NCBI GenBank assembly: GCA_038087875.1 | Contig: CM075979.1 | Coordinates: 6,262,001-6,326,000, forward strand | Direction of reading: 5' to 3' | Length of the DNA: 64,000 bases | DNA from: Malacoraja senta | Taxonomy: Eukaryota | In this document: piece after piece, positions 49,342 to 61,657 of the stretch | Layout of the letters: every line of letters starts with the position of its first letter | Position numbering within the stretch: the first letter of the stretch is position 1 | Translations under genes and position numbers: made by a program | The notes under the pieces: model-generated | What the model saw: only the letters and a program-made list of their open reading frames with translations | Databases searched by the model: none | What the model was told of the DNA's origin: nothing

Positions 49342-50071
49342 CACACACACGAAGGGCCAAAGTTTTATCCAATAATGGCCCTGCCGGGAATGCTTTACGA
49401 ATACCACGCTTGCACACCACCATGCACCAATATTGTTTTCACAGCAACCCCTTATGAAAGATCAGAGGCAACAAAGTATGGCGAGTAAGTATTTAAAGTC
49501 ACCTGTAGTGATGCCGAGCAAATTGGCTATCGGTTTCTCAAGTGGCTGCTGGGAATCGGACCATTTACAATGGCTAAGATTGGCCTTTATATGTATTTCT
49601 TTGTTCCGTCCATTGGGTGGGAGAATGAGTGTGTTTTTTCTCACGTCCGTAAGAGCGTAGGAAATGGGAACAATAGCAGGCCATTTGGCCCTTGGAGTCT
49701 ACTCCGCCGCTCATAAAAGGGCATAACCCATTCTCCACCTTAATGCCACTTCCGACACTATCCCTTGAAATCCAGATATCTCTCATGGAACTCCCAGAAA
49801 ATGCACTTAGGTGCATGCAATGGAGGGATGAAGTATAAGGCATTTAATCCTATTTCAAACTAATGGAGAAAACGACATTTTATGGGAGCTTTCATTCCCC
49901 AGACCCAGAATAATGTAATCTGTTCCGTTTTTAAAGCAAATTTCCCGAGCCTTTCCAGCCTTCCACGTGACTTTGCATGCATAGTTTTTTTCTGTAGCTT
50001 TTGGAATAAATGCTTATCTATCTATGTCCTTGCGATAATGGATTCGGCAGATGCAGAGTTGCCACTAAGAA

Positions 50072-50268
50072 CTGTGTAAGAAGGAACTGCAGATGCCGGT
50101 TTAAACTGAAGATAGGTACAAAAAGCTGGAGTGACTCAGCGGGACAGGCAGCATCACTTGAGAAAAGGGAATAGGTGACTTCTGAAGAAGGGTCTCGACC
50201 CGAACCATCGCCCATTCCTTCTCTCCGGATATGCTGCCTGTCCCCCCGCTGAGTTACCCCCAGCTTTC
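50072..50268. mobile_element. Palindromic Penelope-like insertion just upstream of fgf4 exon 3
   Basis: Minus arm 50072-50180, plus arm from CTGAAGAAGGGTCTCGACCCGAA (50182); ends ~45 bp before the acceptor. Confidence 0.8.
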
Positions 50269-50314
50269 TCGGGTCAATCTCCCCTGCTAAGAACGGTCTT
50301 ATTTTATGTTCCAG

Positions 50315-50491
50315 GCACGCTACAGCGACGAATGCAAATTCAACGAAACTCTCCTGCCCAACAACTACAACGCCTACGAGTCCAGAGAGTACCCCAACAT
50401 GTACATAGCGCTGAGCAGGAATGGCAAAACCAAGAAGGGCAACAGGGTGTCTCCTGTTGTGACAATGACACATTTTCTACCGAGAATGTGA
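50315..50491 (+). CDS. fgf4: Fibroblast growth factor 4, terminal coding exon 3
   Basis: ttccAG|GCA; [58 protein letters not shown]-stop. Joined CDS 307+104+177=588 nt = 195 aa plus stop. Confidence 0.97.
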   Translation, partial: ARYSDECKFNETLLPNNYNAYESREYPNMYIALSRNGKTKKGNRVSPVVTMTHFLPRM

Positions 50492-53450
50492 GAGCGGCGC
50501 CCCTCAGAAATGACCTCGGGAGGGCAGAAGAATGATGGGGGTGGGAGTCAATGCCTCGGTCGGTGCACTTTCAGGAAAGCTTTATGCAAGACGAATAGGT
50601 GTATCATATATTTAACTTAATTGTGACTAAATATTTAAATCTGTATATTTTGTTCAGAAAGTCTATTTATAGTTTTGCTGATTTTTTTTTTAAAGTTTAT
50701 TTGTCGGCCAGAACATAAGTGGTGCATTGTGCTTGTGTTTGAAATTTGTCCTAAGTGTGCGGTTATATTTTATTTTAAAAGGTGAAACGGAAGATCGGGT
50801 ATGCGCCGTTATGGTCAATGTTGTGTGATGGAGATCCCTGGTGTGTTTGCCTTTAAAAAAAATTATAAATCTAATTGTTTCTCAAAGTATAAAGTCTTGG
50901 TCTTCACCCCTGACGTTTTTTTATGTGTCTGCTTGTAACAATGTTTGGTATCTGTCCTTTTTGTGTGTCGTGGTAGCTGTGTAATTTCAATGGAATCCGT
51001 CCACTTCTGATACGGAAAGTACAGTCTTGCGGGTGCTAACCCACAAATCTGTTTTTAGATCTGTCACTGCTGAACTTTGAACTCCCCTGCAGTCAATCTT
51101 TGTCAGATCTTCAGGTCAGAAGCTTTCCTTAACCTGCCTGCAAGCTTCGGCAATTCAGTCTCACAAATGACCACACAAATGCTTTTTAAAGGAAGACTTT
51201 CTGCCCCATTCGTGGCACCACAGAGGATAACCAGAGTTGGGACCATGTACCATTAGTGTACCACTACACAAAAGCTCCTCAAAAATCACTTCACACTCAA
51301 GGTCTTTTGAAGAGGAAGACAATATATTTGCTCAGCACCCTCAGGATATTTTTATTCCAGCAGTATTGTCGAGGAGGTACATACATTCTTTTTTTTATAT
51401 ATATACAAGAATACATATTCTTTTTTTAAAAATAGTTTTCCATTCCTTAATTCGATGAAATTATCTACCTCATTTTAAGACCCCTGAATAAAATAGTCTC
51501 CTCCCAAAGGCTGCGCAGAATGCTGGACTGAGTGCTTGTCCCTGAAATATTGTTGGTGATCTTAAGTCAACATGCTACCATATGTAGCCACAAGTAGCCG
51601 GGAGGGCGTCCATTGCATCCTAGTTGAGCCTTGTCACGTTTGAGCTATCTTTACCCAGTGATTTACTTTTAGTAGGGATAATCATGGTGAAAATATTTGC
51701 AGACAGCTGTTGGACTGCACTATATGGCCATTGCGTAACCCTATATTTTCTTTATATATTTTTTTCAAACCCCCCACCTACCTCTGGTCTCCATGCAGAA
51801 GAAAACAGCAGCAAACTTTAAATTCAAACTATCTGTTCGGGAGAAATGCGGAGGGAGAGGAAACAAACACTCTTTTCATAGTTTGAAGAGACAAGGAAAC
51901 AAAAAAAATGCCATCCCATCGTGTGTTGGATTTGGAGGGTCTGGTTACGTGGTTCATATAGGGACTGCCATAAATTGCAGACAGAAATTCTGAAGTCCTT
52001 GTTAAAATGTCTTCTGCTGTTCTCTTTGCTGCTAAGATGGCAAAGCAAGAAAAAATAAAAATGTCACAATAAATCTTGGGTTTGACGCTTATGGATCTGA
52101 CATTAGCAACGATTAGTTCAGTTTTCAACATTCCTTTCGATAAGCTGCTACTCATCTTACTCGAACTTTTAAAGCTGTTAACTCTTTTAGGTAGATTGAC
52201 CTTGGGGAAGAAAGCTACTCAGAACCAAAACATACAGAGATATGAGGAAAATATTCCAGGACAAGGCCCACCCTTGCTGCATGTATGTGGTCTGCATGTT
52301 AAAGCATCTACTTTCTAATCCTCTGCTTGTCCCTTGGTGAGGTTAGTCTGTGAACGTTTGGTGACTGAATTACTGGTGTTATGTGCTCCTTCCAATATTA
52401 TACAGTATGTACAAAGTGAACCATTGTCGCAGCATCCGAAGGCATAAAGGTCTACTGGTTGTTAAAGGGCCTGCAAGGCTCTCGGTTGTTTAATCGTTTA
52501 TACGGCTTTAAGCATTACCAATAAAAAACTTAAGATTCAGGTCATAACTGAATGGAACAATGGAATTGGGAACCTTGTGGGACTAAAATTGCTTACCAGC
52601 AGTGAATAAAAATATAGAATATTTTTAGGATATTGGATTAAAAATACTGAAAGCTTATTGGAAAATGTAAATGAAGTCCACAATATTTTTGAGGGGAAAT
52701 GAAAAAAATCATATCGATTAATATCTTAGTGATGTCCTGTAAGAATTTTAATTTTGACATATAATTTACGCATCATTTACAGGAAAATATAATGTACAAT
52801 TTATATTTTCACACAAATGAGAAATTCTGATAACATGCCAATTACATAGTTTTCTGAACTCTAATCAATTTGTTATAATGCGAAAAATCTCAGTGGAACC
52901 CACGCTGCTTCAAAACTTGCAAGTATATTTTCAGCTATTGTTCCTATTCTACAAAGCTATTTTGGTTTTGGTCAAGGTTAGTACAGCGTTTTGAACAGAC
53001 ACTTGGTACATACAGTCACTGGTTCAGTGATAGCCAACTGTTTAAACATACTCAACTGACCGGTTGTCTTGTAACATCCCCATTAGTTATGCCTTGGGAT
53101 GTATTGGCAATTGAGTTTTTTTAATGTATTACTTGATATAGTTGTCATATGATATTTAAACTTTAAACCCATCGATATGTGTCTGTAGTTTTATACAGCA
53201 TGTTTAATATTGTGGTGTATGTGCTGTGCACATTGGAAGGAATTATATAAATGAAAGCTTATCTTTTACATGTGTCAGTGTATGAATTAAAAGTAATTTT
53301 AAAGTACCTTCCAAAATTTGTGTTGTCGTTTGAAATTTAAATCTAAGCACAATCATGAAAATTCCACGTGATGAAGGGAAAGAACTATAATGTCCAATCA
53401 TAAATAAATCATTTCTAAATTGTTGTCCTTCTTTGGGTTTCTGCTGTATC
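50492..53450 (+). other. Probable long fgf4 3'UTR / 3' regulatory region
   Basis: ~3 kb AT-rich stretch with no recognisable repeat copies and several AATAAA hexamers (~51487, ~52068, ~52520, ~52605, ~53403). Confidence 0.5.
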
Positions 53451-53559
53451 CATCTTTTGTTTCGGTGACTAGAAAGAGAGACAAGCTTGAAAATTTGAAA
53501 GCTATACTGAAAATGGTCCAGGATTATTCCCTAATATGAGAGCGCTGGATTTGTTTATA

Positions 53560-54222
53560 GATAGAGATAGAGATGCAGTGTGGAAACAGGCCCTTTGGCC
53601 CACCAAGTCCGTGCCAACCGGCCATCTCCATATACTAGCCCTATCCTACACACTAGTGAAATTTACATTTATACCAAGCCAATTGACCTACAAACATGTA
53701 CGTCTTTGGAGTATGGGAGGAATCTAACACGATCAAGGGGAGAATGTACAAACTCCATACAGACATCATCCGTAGTCAGGATCGAACCCGAGTCTCTGGC
53801 GCAGTAAGGCAGCAACTCTACCGCTGCGCCACTGTGCTGCCCCTTTTTAAGAGAAACAGTTGAGGTTTGTTTTTCAGCCTAGAAAGATGGCAGATAGGAC
53901 ATGAGCATATACAAGTGAATAGTTTCGTTTAGTTTAGAGATACAGCATGGAAACAGGCCCTTCAGCCCACCACATCCACGCCGACCAGCGATCCCCGCAC
54001 ATTAACACTATCCTACACACACTAGGGACAATTTACACATGCACCAAGCCAATTAACCTACAAACCTGCACGTCTTTAGAGTATGGGGGGAAACTGAAGA
54101 TCTTGGAGCAAACCCATGCGGGTCATGGGGAAGACATACAAACTCCGTACAGACAGGTCTCTGGTGCTGCAAATGCTGCAAGCGCTGCAAGGCAGCAACT
54201 CTACCGCTGCGTCACCATGCCG
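53560..54222 (-). mobile_element. Two tandem V-SINEs (~53560-53843, ~53925-54222)
   Basis: Both match the SINE consensus in reverse. Confidence 0.8.
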
Positions 54223-56179
54223 AATAAGATGCAACAAATTCAGGCCCTGGGCTTTATTGTGTATTTACAGTCACAAGATAGACAGAGGAATTTGTCTTGG
54301 CGATCTGCATGCAAAACCGTTGTAAACACTTGAGTTAAAAGTAGTAACACATCATTGCTGGTCAAACTCATACAGCACATTGCAACATAATTGAAATATC
54401 ACAATCTTTATAAGTTGATACCTCCTATTCCAAAATAGTATTATTTAATGCAATGGACGTTATTAAGAAAATGATCCTTTTTTTGGTGATATTATGTAAA
54501 GGACATACTTGGAAAATACTAAATCGGGTCTAAAGAAGGGTCTCCACCCGAAACGTCACCTATTCCTTTACTCCATAGATGCTGCCTCACCCGCAGAGTT
54601 TCTCCAGCATTTTTGTCTACTTTGGAAAATACTGGTACTATCCATCCATTCTGTCCTAGGCTTATATTTATAGCCACATATGTAATACCATCATCACCTT
54701 GGATCCCATCCCAAACTCTATCCCAGTCTCCATTGCTTTATTCTGCAGCAACTAAACAAAGGTAATGGACAAACGGGTGGAGGAAATCTTCAAGAATGAT
54801 ATTCTTTGAGTCATTGCCATTCATAGAAAGAATATTAATATGCATGATATTTCAATAACGTTGAACAGTTGCTCAGGGAAAAAAGATCTCTTCTATACTT
54901 TAGATAGACAAAGAATGCTGGAGTAACTCACCGGGTCAGTCGGCATCTCTGGGGAAAAATAATGGGTAACGTTTCGGGTCGAGGTCACAAAGTCAGGTCT
55001 TCAGGTCTGAAGAAGGGTCTTGACCTGAAACGTCATCTATTCCTTTTCTCCAGAGAAGCTGTCTGACCGGCTGAATCACTCCAGCTTTTTGTGTCTATCT
55101 TTGGTTTAAACCAGCATCTGCAGTTCCTTCCTGCACATTTCATTTTCTATACTATGCATATTTTAGTTGGCTTTGATATCAGTCTTCTTTTCTAACCCAT
55201 TCCACAGTAAACAAACTTCTTGATTCAAATTCTGATAAGACACAAAGGAGCAAAGAAGAAACAGACATTTAGTTTGATCTAATGAAAAGGAATTACAGAT
55301 GTTGGTTTATACCAAAGATAGACACAAAATGTAGGAGTAACTCAACAGGTCAGGTGGCATCTCTGGAGAAAATGGACAGGTGACGTTTCGGGATGGGACC
55401 CTTCTTCAGACTGAGAGTCAGGGAAAGTTCAGTTCAGTTTATTGTCTTGCGTACCTTCTGAAAAAGAGACCCAATCCGAAATGTCACGTGTCCATTTTCT
55501 CCAGAGATGCCACCTGACCTGCTGAATTACTCCAGTATTCTGTGTCTTTCTTTGAATTGATCTTTAGTAAAACAGTTCACGAGAATCACTGACATATGTA
55601 GTATTTCAGCTGTTCAACCACTTTTCTTCATTTAACTAATTTCAAGTCTTACGACATGGCTGAACTGATTAAATCTGATGGAAATTAATTTGTCTTCTTA
55701 TCCAGTATAATCTTTACCATTTATGAAAGTGTGAATTATAGTTTGTATATTCGCTTGTATGAGTACTTTTGTTATCCCAGTGATAATAGAATTGCTTATA
55801 TTTCAAATTTGCACAATTTCAATAGTTTCAATAGTATTACAATTGTTTACTAGAGTTTCTTATTTATAAATGACATTCTGACAAAATAAACAAATTAAAT
55901 AAGTTATATATAATGTAACGGAAGTAAGTGGACTGAACAAAAGAAAACGATTCTCGACACAAAATGCTGGAGTAACTCAGCGGGTCAGGCAGCATTTCTG
56001 AAGAGATGCTGCCAGTCACGCTAAGTTACTCCAGCATGTTGTGTCTTTCTTAGGTGTAAACCAGCTTCTGCAGTTCCTTCCTACAAATAAATGATTCCAT
56101 ACATAAAATTAACCCAGACTATTTTAATAAGATCAAACTGTTTGAATCAATATGATCTCTTGAATTCCTGGTAGATTCC

Positions 56180-56488
56180 AAGCAGTGGTGCAGTGGTAGT
56201 GTTGCTGCCTTACAGCGCCAGAAGCCTGGGTTTGATCCTGACCACGGGTGCTGTCCGTATGGAGTTTGTAGGTTCTACCCGCGATCGCGTGGGTTTTCGC
56301 CAGGTGCTCCGGTTTCCTCCTACACCCCAAAGACTTAGAGGTTTGCTAGTTAATTTGCTCTGGTAAAATTGTAAATTATTCCTAGCATGTAGGATAGGGC
56401 GAGTGTATAGGGATCGCTGGTCGGCGCGATCTCAGTGGGCCGAAGGGCCTGTTTCCACCCTGTATCTCTAAACTAAACTACACTAAAA
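56180..56488 (+). mobile_element. V-SINE (HE1-like), full length
   Basis: GTGGTGCAGTGG head, GGTTTGATCC, central domain, GGGCCGAAGGGCCTGTTTCC...(TAAAC)n. Confidence 0.8.
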
Positions 56489-56494
56489 TAAATT

Positions 56495-57382
56495 TGAACA
56501 GGTGCATGATTCCTTCAAGGTCGAGTCGCAGGTAGGTAAGGTGGTCAAAAAGGCCTTTGGCATTCATCAGTCAGAGTATTGAGTATAGAAGTTGGGAGGT
56601 CATGTTGCAGTTGTATAAGACATTGGTGAGATCACATTTATAATATTGTGTTCAGTTCTGGGCACCATGTTATAGTAAAGATATTGTCAAGCTGGAAAGG
56701 GTTCAGAGAAGATTTACGAGTTTGTTGCCAGGACTAGAGGGCGTGAGCTATAGGGAGAGGTTGAGTAGACTGGGTCCCTATTCCTGGGAGTGCAGGAGGA
56801 TGAGGGGTGATCTTATAGATGTGTATAAAATCATGAGAGGAATAGATCGGGTAGATGCACAGAGCCTCTTGCCCAGAGTCGGGAATCTTGGACTAGAGGA
56901 CATAGGTTCTAGGAGAACGGCAAGAGATTTAAAAGGTAGACAAAAATGCTGGAGAAACTCAGCGGGTGAGGCAGCATCTATGGAGCGAAGGAAATAGGCA
57001 ACGTTTTGGCCCGAAACTTTGCCTATTTCCTTCCCTCCATAGATGCTGCCTCACCCGCTGAGTTTCTCCAGCATTTTTGTCTACCCTCGATTTTCCAGCA
57101 TCTGCAGTTCCTTCTTGAAAGACTTAAAAGGAATCTGAGGGGTTACTTTTTCCACACAAAGGGTGGTGGGTGTATGGAACAAGCTGCCAGATGAGGTAGT
57201 TGAGGCTGGGACTATCCCAAGGTTTAAGAAACAGTTAGACAAGTACATGGATAGGACAGGTTTGGAAGGATATGGACCAAGCGCAGGCAGGTGGGACTAG
57301 TGTAGCTGGGACATGTTGGTCAGTGTGGGCAAGTTGGGCCAAAGGGCCTGTTTCCCGGTTGTAACACTCTATGACTCTATGA
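56495..57382 (+). mobile_element. CR1 3' fragment with nested palindromic Penelope-like insert (~56935-57118)
   Basis: LPGLEGVSYRERLSRLG..RRMRGDLIDVYKIMRGIDRVD; insert flanked by AGA(T/C)TTAAAAGG. Confidence 0.85.
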
Positions 57383-58259
57383 GAAGTTAGATTAAGAGGG
57401 ATCTCTTAGGTAATATTATAGTCCAATCTGTATTCACACCTTCAGTTTTTACTTTTCAACTTCCGTCATGGACCTCTAAGGAAACTACCTGCGTCAGCTT
57501 GTCATGGTGTAACTGTGTATATTTCTGCGAACGATGGTGTGGTAGTGTCTATGACAGGTATGGGGCAATGGAGGAGCCACTTACAACATGATCTGTTTGC
57601 ATAGACAAATGTTTCCGAGACAACATTGTTCATAGACAACACTGTTTCTATTACAAATGTTCACAAGGAAATGTATGATGCAAAGGAGGAAGTTGCAATA
57701 AACTGGCACCTTTCATGAACAAGAATCCCCAAAGGGCATTATAATTAATTAAGTACTTATGAAGTCTAGTCAATGTTGTCATCTAGGACAGGGCAACTAA
57801 TTTGCGCAATGGGGAAGAGTTGGCAGAAAGGACGTGTGATAGTAAATATTAACAGACTATAAATGAAGCACAAAATTCATGGAGAGGGAGCGGCCAAGTT
57901 GTAAAAAGGTACTAAAAATCAGGGGTCATATTGATTGTGAAAGATTGAACAGCTGATGACCATTAGAGGAGTTTATAAAACATTAGTTTAGTTTATTGTC
58001 ATGTGTATCGAGGTACAGTGAAAATTCTTTATGTTGTGTACTATCCCATCAGCGGAAAGACCATGCTATACCATAGGGAAAGACCAAGATTAAAATCAAG
58101 CCGTCGACAGTGTACAGATACAGGATAGAGGGACTAATTTTTATGACAAGATAACGCTTACGTCTGAAGAAGGGTCTTGACGCGAAACGTCACCTATTCC
58201 TTCGCTCCATGGATGCTGCCTCACCCGCTGAGTTTCTCCAGCATTTTTGTCTACCTAAC

Positions 58260-59183
58260 GATGACACTAAGCTGGGGGGGCAGTGTTAGCTGTGAGGAGG
58301 ATGCTAGGAGACTGCAAGGTGACTTGGATAGGCTGGGTGAGTGGGCAAATGTTTGGCAGATGCATTATAATGTGGATAAATGTGAGGTTATCCACTTTGG
58401 TGGCAAAAACGGGAAGGCAGACTATTATCTAAATGGTGGCCGATTAGGAAATGGGGAGATGCAGCGAGACCTGGGTGTCATGGTACACCAGTCATTGAAA
58501 GTAGGCATGCAGGTGCAGCAGGCAGTGAAGAAAGCGAATGGTATGTTGGCCTTCAGAGCAAGAGGATTTGAGTATAGGAGCAGGGAGGTTCTACTGCAGT
58601 TGTACAGGGTCTTGGTGAGACCACACCTGGAGTATTGCGTACAGTTTTGGTCTCCAAATCTGAGGAAGGACATTATAGCCATAGAGGGAGTGCAGAGAAG
58701 GTTCACCAGACTGATTCCTGGGATGTCAGGACTTTCATATGAAGAAAGACTGGATAAACTTGGCTTATACTCGCTAGAATTTAGGAGATTGAGAGGGGAT
58801 CTTATAGAAACGTACAAAATTCTTATGGGGTTGGACAGGCTAGATGCAGGAAGATTGTTCCCGATGTTGGGGAAGTCCAGGACAAGGGGTCACAGCTTAA
58901 GGATAAGGGGGAAATCCTTTAAGACCGAGATGAGGAAAAACTTTTTCACACAGAGAGTGGTGAATCTCTGGAACTCTCTGCCACAGAGGGTAGTTGAGGC
59001 CAGTTCATTGGCTATATTTAAGAGGGAGTTAGATGTGGCCCTTGTGGCTAGAGGGATCAGGGGGTATGGAGAGAAGGCAGGTACGGGATACTGAGTTGGA
59101 TGATCAGCCATGATCATATTGAATGGCGGTGCAGGCTCGAAGGGCCGAATGGCCTACTCCTGCACCTATTTTCTATGTATCTA
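58260..59183 (+). mobile_element. Young 5'-truncated CR1 LINE, uninterrupted ORF2 C-terminal ~270 codons
   Basis: LQGDLDRLGEWANVWQMHYNVDKCEVIHFG...RPHLEYCVQFWSP...QRVVNLWNSLPQ without stops; inserted within a Rex1-like element (57985-58154 and 59185-59500). Confidence 0.95.
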
Positions 59184-59184
59184 T

Positions 59185-59500
59185 GGCAAGATAAAGTCCA
59201 GTAAAGTCCGAGGGTCACCAATGAGGTAGATAGTAGTTCAGGACTGCTCTCTGGTTGTGGTAGGATGGTTCATATGCCTAATAACAGCTGGGAAGAAACT
59301 GTCCCTGAATCTGGAGGTGTGTGTATTCACACTTCTGTACCTCTTGCCTGATGGGAGAGGGGAGAAGAGGGAGTGACCGGGATGAGACTCATCCTTGATT
59401 ATGCTGCTGGCCTTGCCGAGGCAGCGTGAAGATGGAGTCAATGGAAGGGAGGTTGGTTTGTGTGATGGTCTGGGCTGCGTCCATAATTCTCTGCAATTTG
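59185..59500 (-). mobile_element. Rex1/Babar-like LINE 3' region (continues at ~57985-58154)
   Basis: RCLGKASSIIKDESHPGHSLFSPLPSGKRYRSVNTHTSRFRDSFFPAVIR. Confidence 0.8.
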
Positions 59501-60065
59501 CTGTTATGTGTTTGTTTATATTTTTGATGGGTTCACCACTAGAATACAAGAGTCAAGATCCAAGTCAAGGGTGTTTATTTGTCATATGTACCGAAATGAA
59601 ACCATGAAATACTTACTTGCAGCAGCACAACGGGTTTGTGAACACAGTTCTCATAGGTAACAAAAGAAACTTAATATTAAGGCAAAACAAAAACCTTACA
59701 AGTTTGGATACACTTCAACCTTTTGGGAGAAACCAATGTTAAAAAGCATTAATACCACAGAGTCAACAATATACCCAATGTGGAAACTAAAAACTGTAGA
59801 TGCTGGTTTATACAAAGATAGACACAAAGTGCTGGAGTAACTCAGCGGGTCAGGCAGCATCTCTGGAGAAAAGAAATGGGTGACGTCTTCAAACTGAAGA
59901 AGGATCCCGACCGGAAACATCACCCATCCTTTTCTCCGGAGATGCTGCTTGTGCCACTTTGTGTCACTTTTGTCACTTTGTGTCTATCTTTGGTATACCC
60001 AATGCAACCTGTGGCAGAGACTGTGTAGGGAAGAATGGCAGATGCTGGTTTAAACTGAAGACAGA

Positions 60066-60360
60066 CGCAGCGATTGAGTTACTGCCTTACAGCGCCTGAG
60101 ACCCCGGGTTCGATCTTGACTACGGGTGCTGTATGTACGGAGTTTGTACAATTCCCCCCGTGACCTCGTGGGTTTTCTCTGAGATCTTTGGTTTCCTCCC
60201 TCGTTCCAAAGACCTACAGGTTTGTAGGTTAATTGGCTTGGTGTATGTGTAAATTGTCCCTAGTAGTGTTTATGTGCGGGGATCGCTGGTTGGCACGGAC
60301 TCGGTGGGCTGAAGGACCTGTTTCTGCACTGCATCTCTAAACTAAACTAAACTAAACTAA
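60066..60360 (+). mobile_element. V-SINE inserted in a Penelope-like repeat
   Basis: GGTTCGATC B box, central domain, (TAAAC)n tail; host repeat resumes at AGACACAAAACGCTGGAG. Confidence 0.78.
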
Positions 60361-61657
60361 GCAGACACAAAACGCTGGAGCAAAAACCTGGACCCGCTGA
60401 GTTACCTCTAGCTTTTTGTGTCTGTCTGTGGCACAGACATCTTTTCATAAAGATATCTGGGTTGAAACCTCAGTGGAACATCTGCACTCTGTCTGATCCA
60501 AAACATCACCTATTCCTTTTCTCCAGAGATTCTGCCTCACCTGCCCAGCTACGCCAACATTTGTGTCTATCTTCGGTGTAAAGCAGCATCTGCAGATCCT
60601 TCCTACACATGTATGCAAACCAATTGGGATACTTCGATGCTGCCATTTCCACATGATATAGGTTGTGAAGCATTTGTCTAGCATCTGCGCTTTGTTTAAT
60701 TTAGTTTAATTTTAGAAATACAGCACGGAAACAAGCCCTTAGGCCCACCAAGGCTACACTGACCAGCGATCCCCGCACATTAACACTATCCTACACACAC
60801 TAGGGACAATTTACACTTATCCCAAATCAATTAACCTACAAATTTGTACGTCTTTGGCGCGTGGGAAAAAAATCAAAGATCATAAGATCACGTGATAGGA
60901 GCAGAATGAGGCCATTCAGCCCATCAAATCTATTCTGCCATTCATTCATGGCTGATCTATCTTTTCCTCTCAACCCAACCTCCTGACTTCTGCCATAATC
61001 TCTGACGCCTGTACTAATCAAGAAAATCTGGGAGAAAACCCACGCGGCATTTGAAATTGTCCGTCACGCCCCTTCTTCTTTTGTAAAGCAATGCTATTTT
61101 GTCTGCACGTCTCTCAACATAACTTCAGGTCACAAGGAATACCGCAGGCAATTACGACAGTAATTGTAACCCAGTTTGTGCAATGAACAGACAAATTGGA
61201 ATTACCACGTTAACTCATATGGTCCCACCCTATCAGAGAATTCCCTTTGTAGTATCCATGTTCCCCCCACCTTCACTGCTACTGAAAATTAACTCGCTTT
61301 TCCTCTTTACCAAGTCCGGCGAAGGCATTGGGACCTAAAATTTTAATTATCCTTCTTTGTCCATCGATGCCGCCTGACCTGCCAATTGTTTCCAGAATAG
61401 CTTTTGTTTTTATTTAACGCAATAAAATTTTTTCGATTATAGATTATGTTATATGTGACAGAAGCGAGAGCAGTGGGAGAGTCTAGGACCAGAGGGCACA
61501 GCCTCAGAATAAAAGGACGTACATTTAGAATGGAGAAGCGGAGGAATGCCTTTAGTCAGAGGGTGGTGAATCTGTGGAACTCATTGCCACAGACGGCAGT
61601 AGAGGTCAAGTTATTGGGTATTTTTATAGTAAAGATCAATAGTTTATTGACTAATAA

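Noticed and set aside
46091-50491. Assignment as fgf6
   Set aside because: N-terminal sequence resembles fish/amphibian FGF4 and the gene is directly downstream of fgf3, the conserved fgf4 position.
52076-52318. 80-aa leucine-rich hydrophobic ORF
   Set aside because: TTG start in T-rich probable 3'UTR, no splice or homology support; leucine bias follows base composition.
58177-59094. 305-aa ORF as a host gene
   Set aside because: It is a PLE repeat fused to a 5'-truncated CR1 ORF2 fragment.
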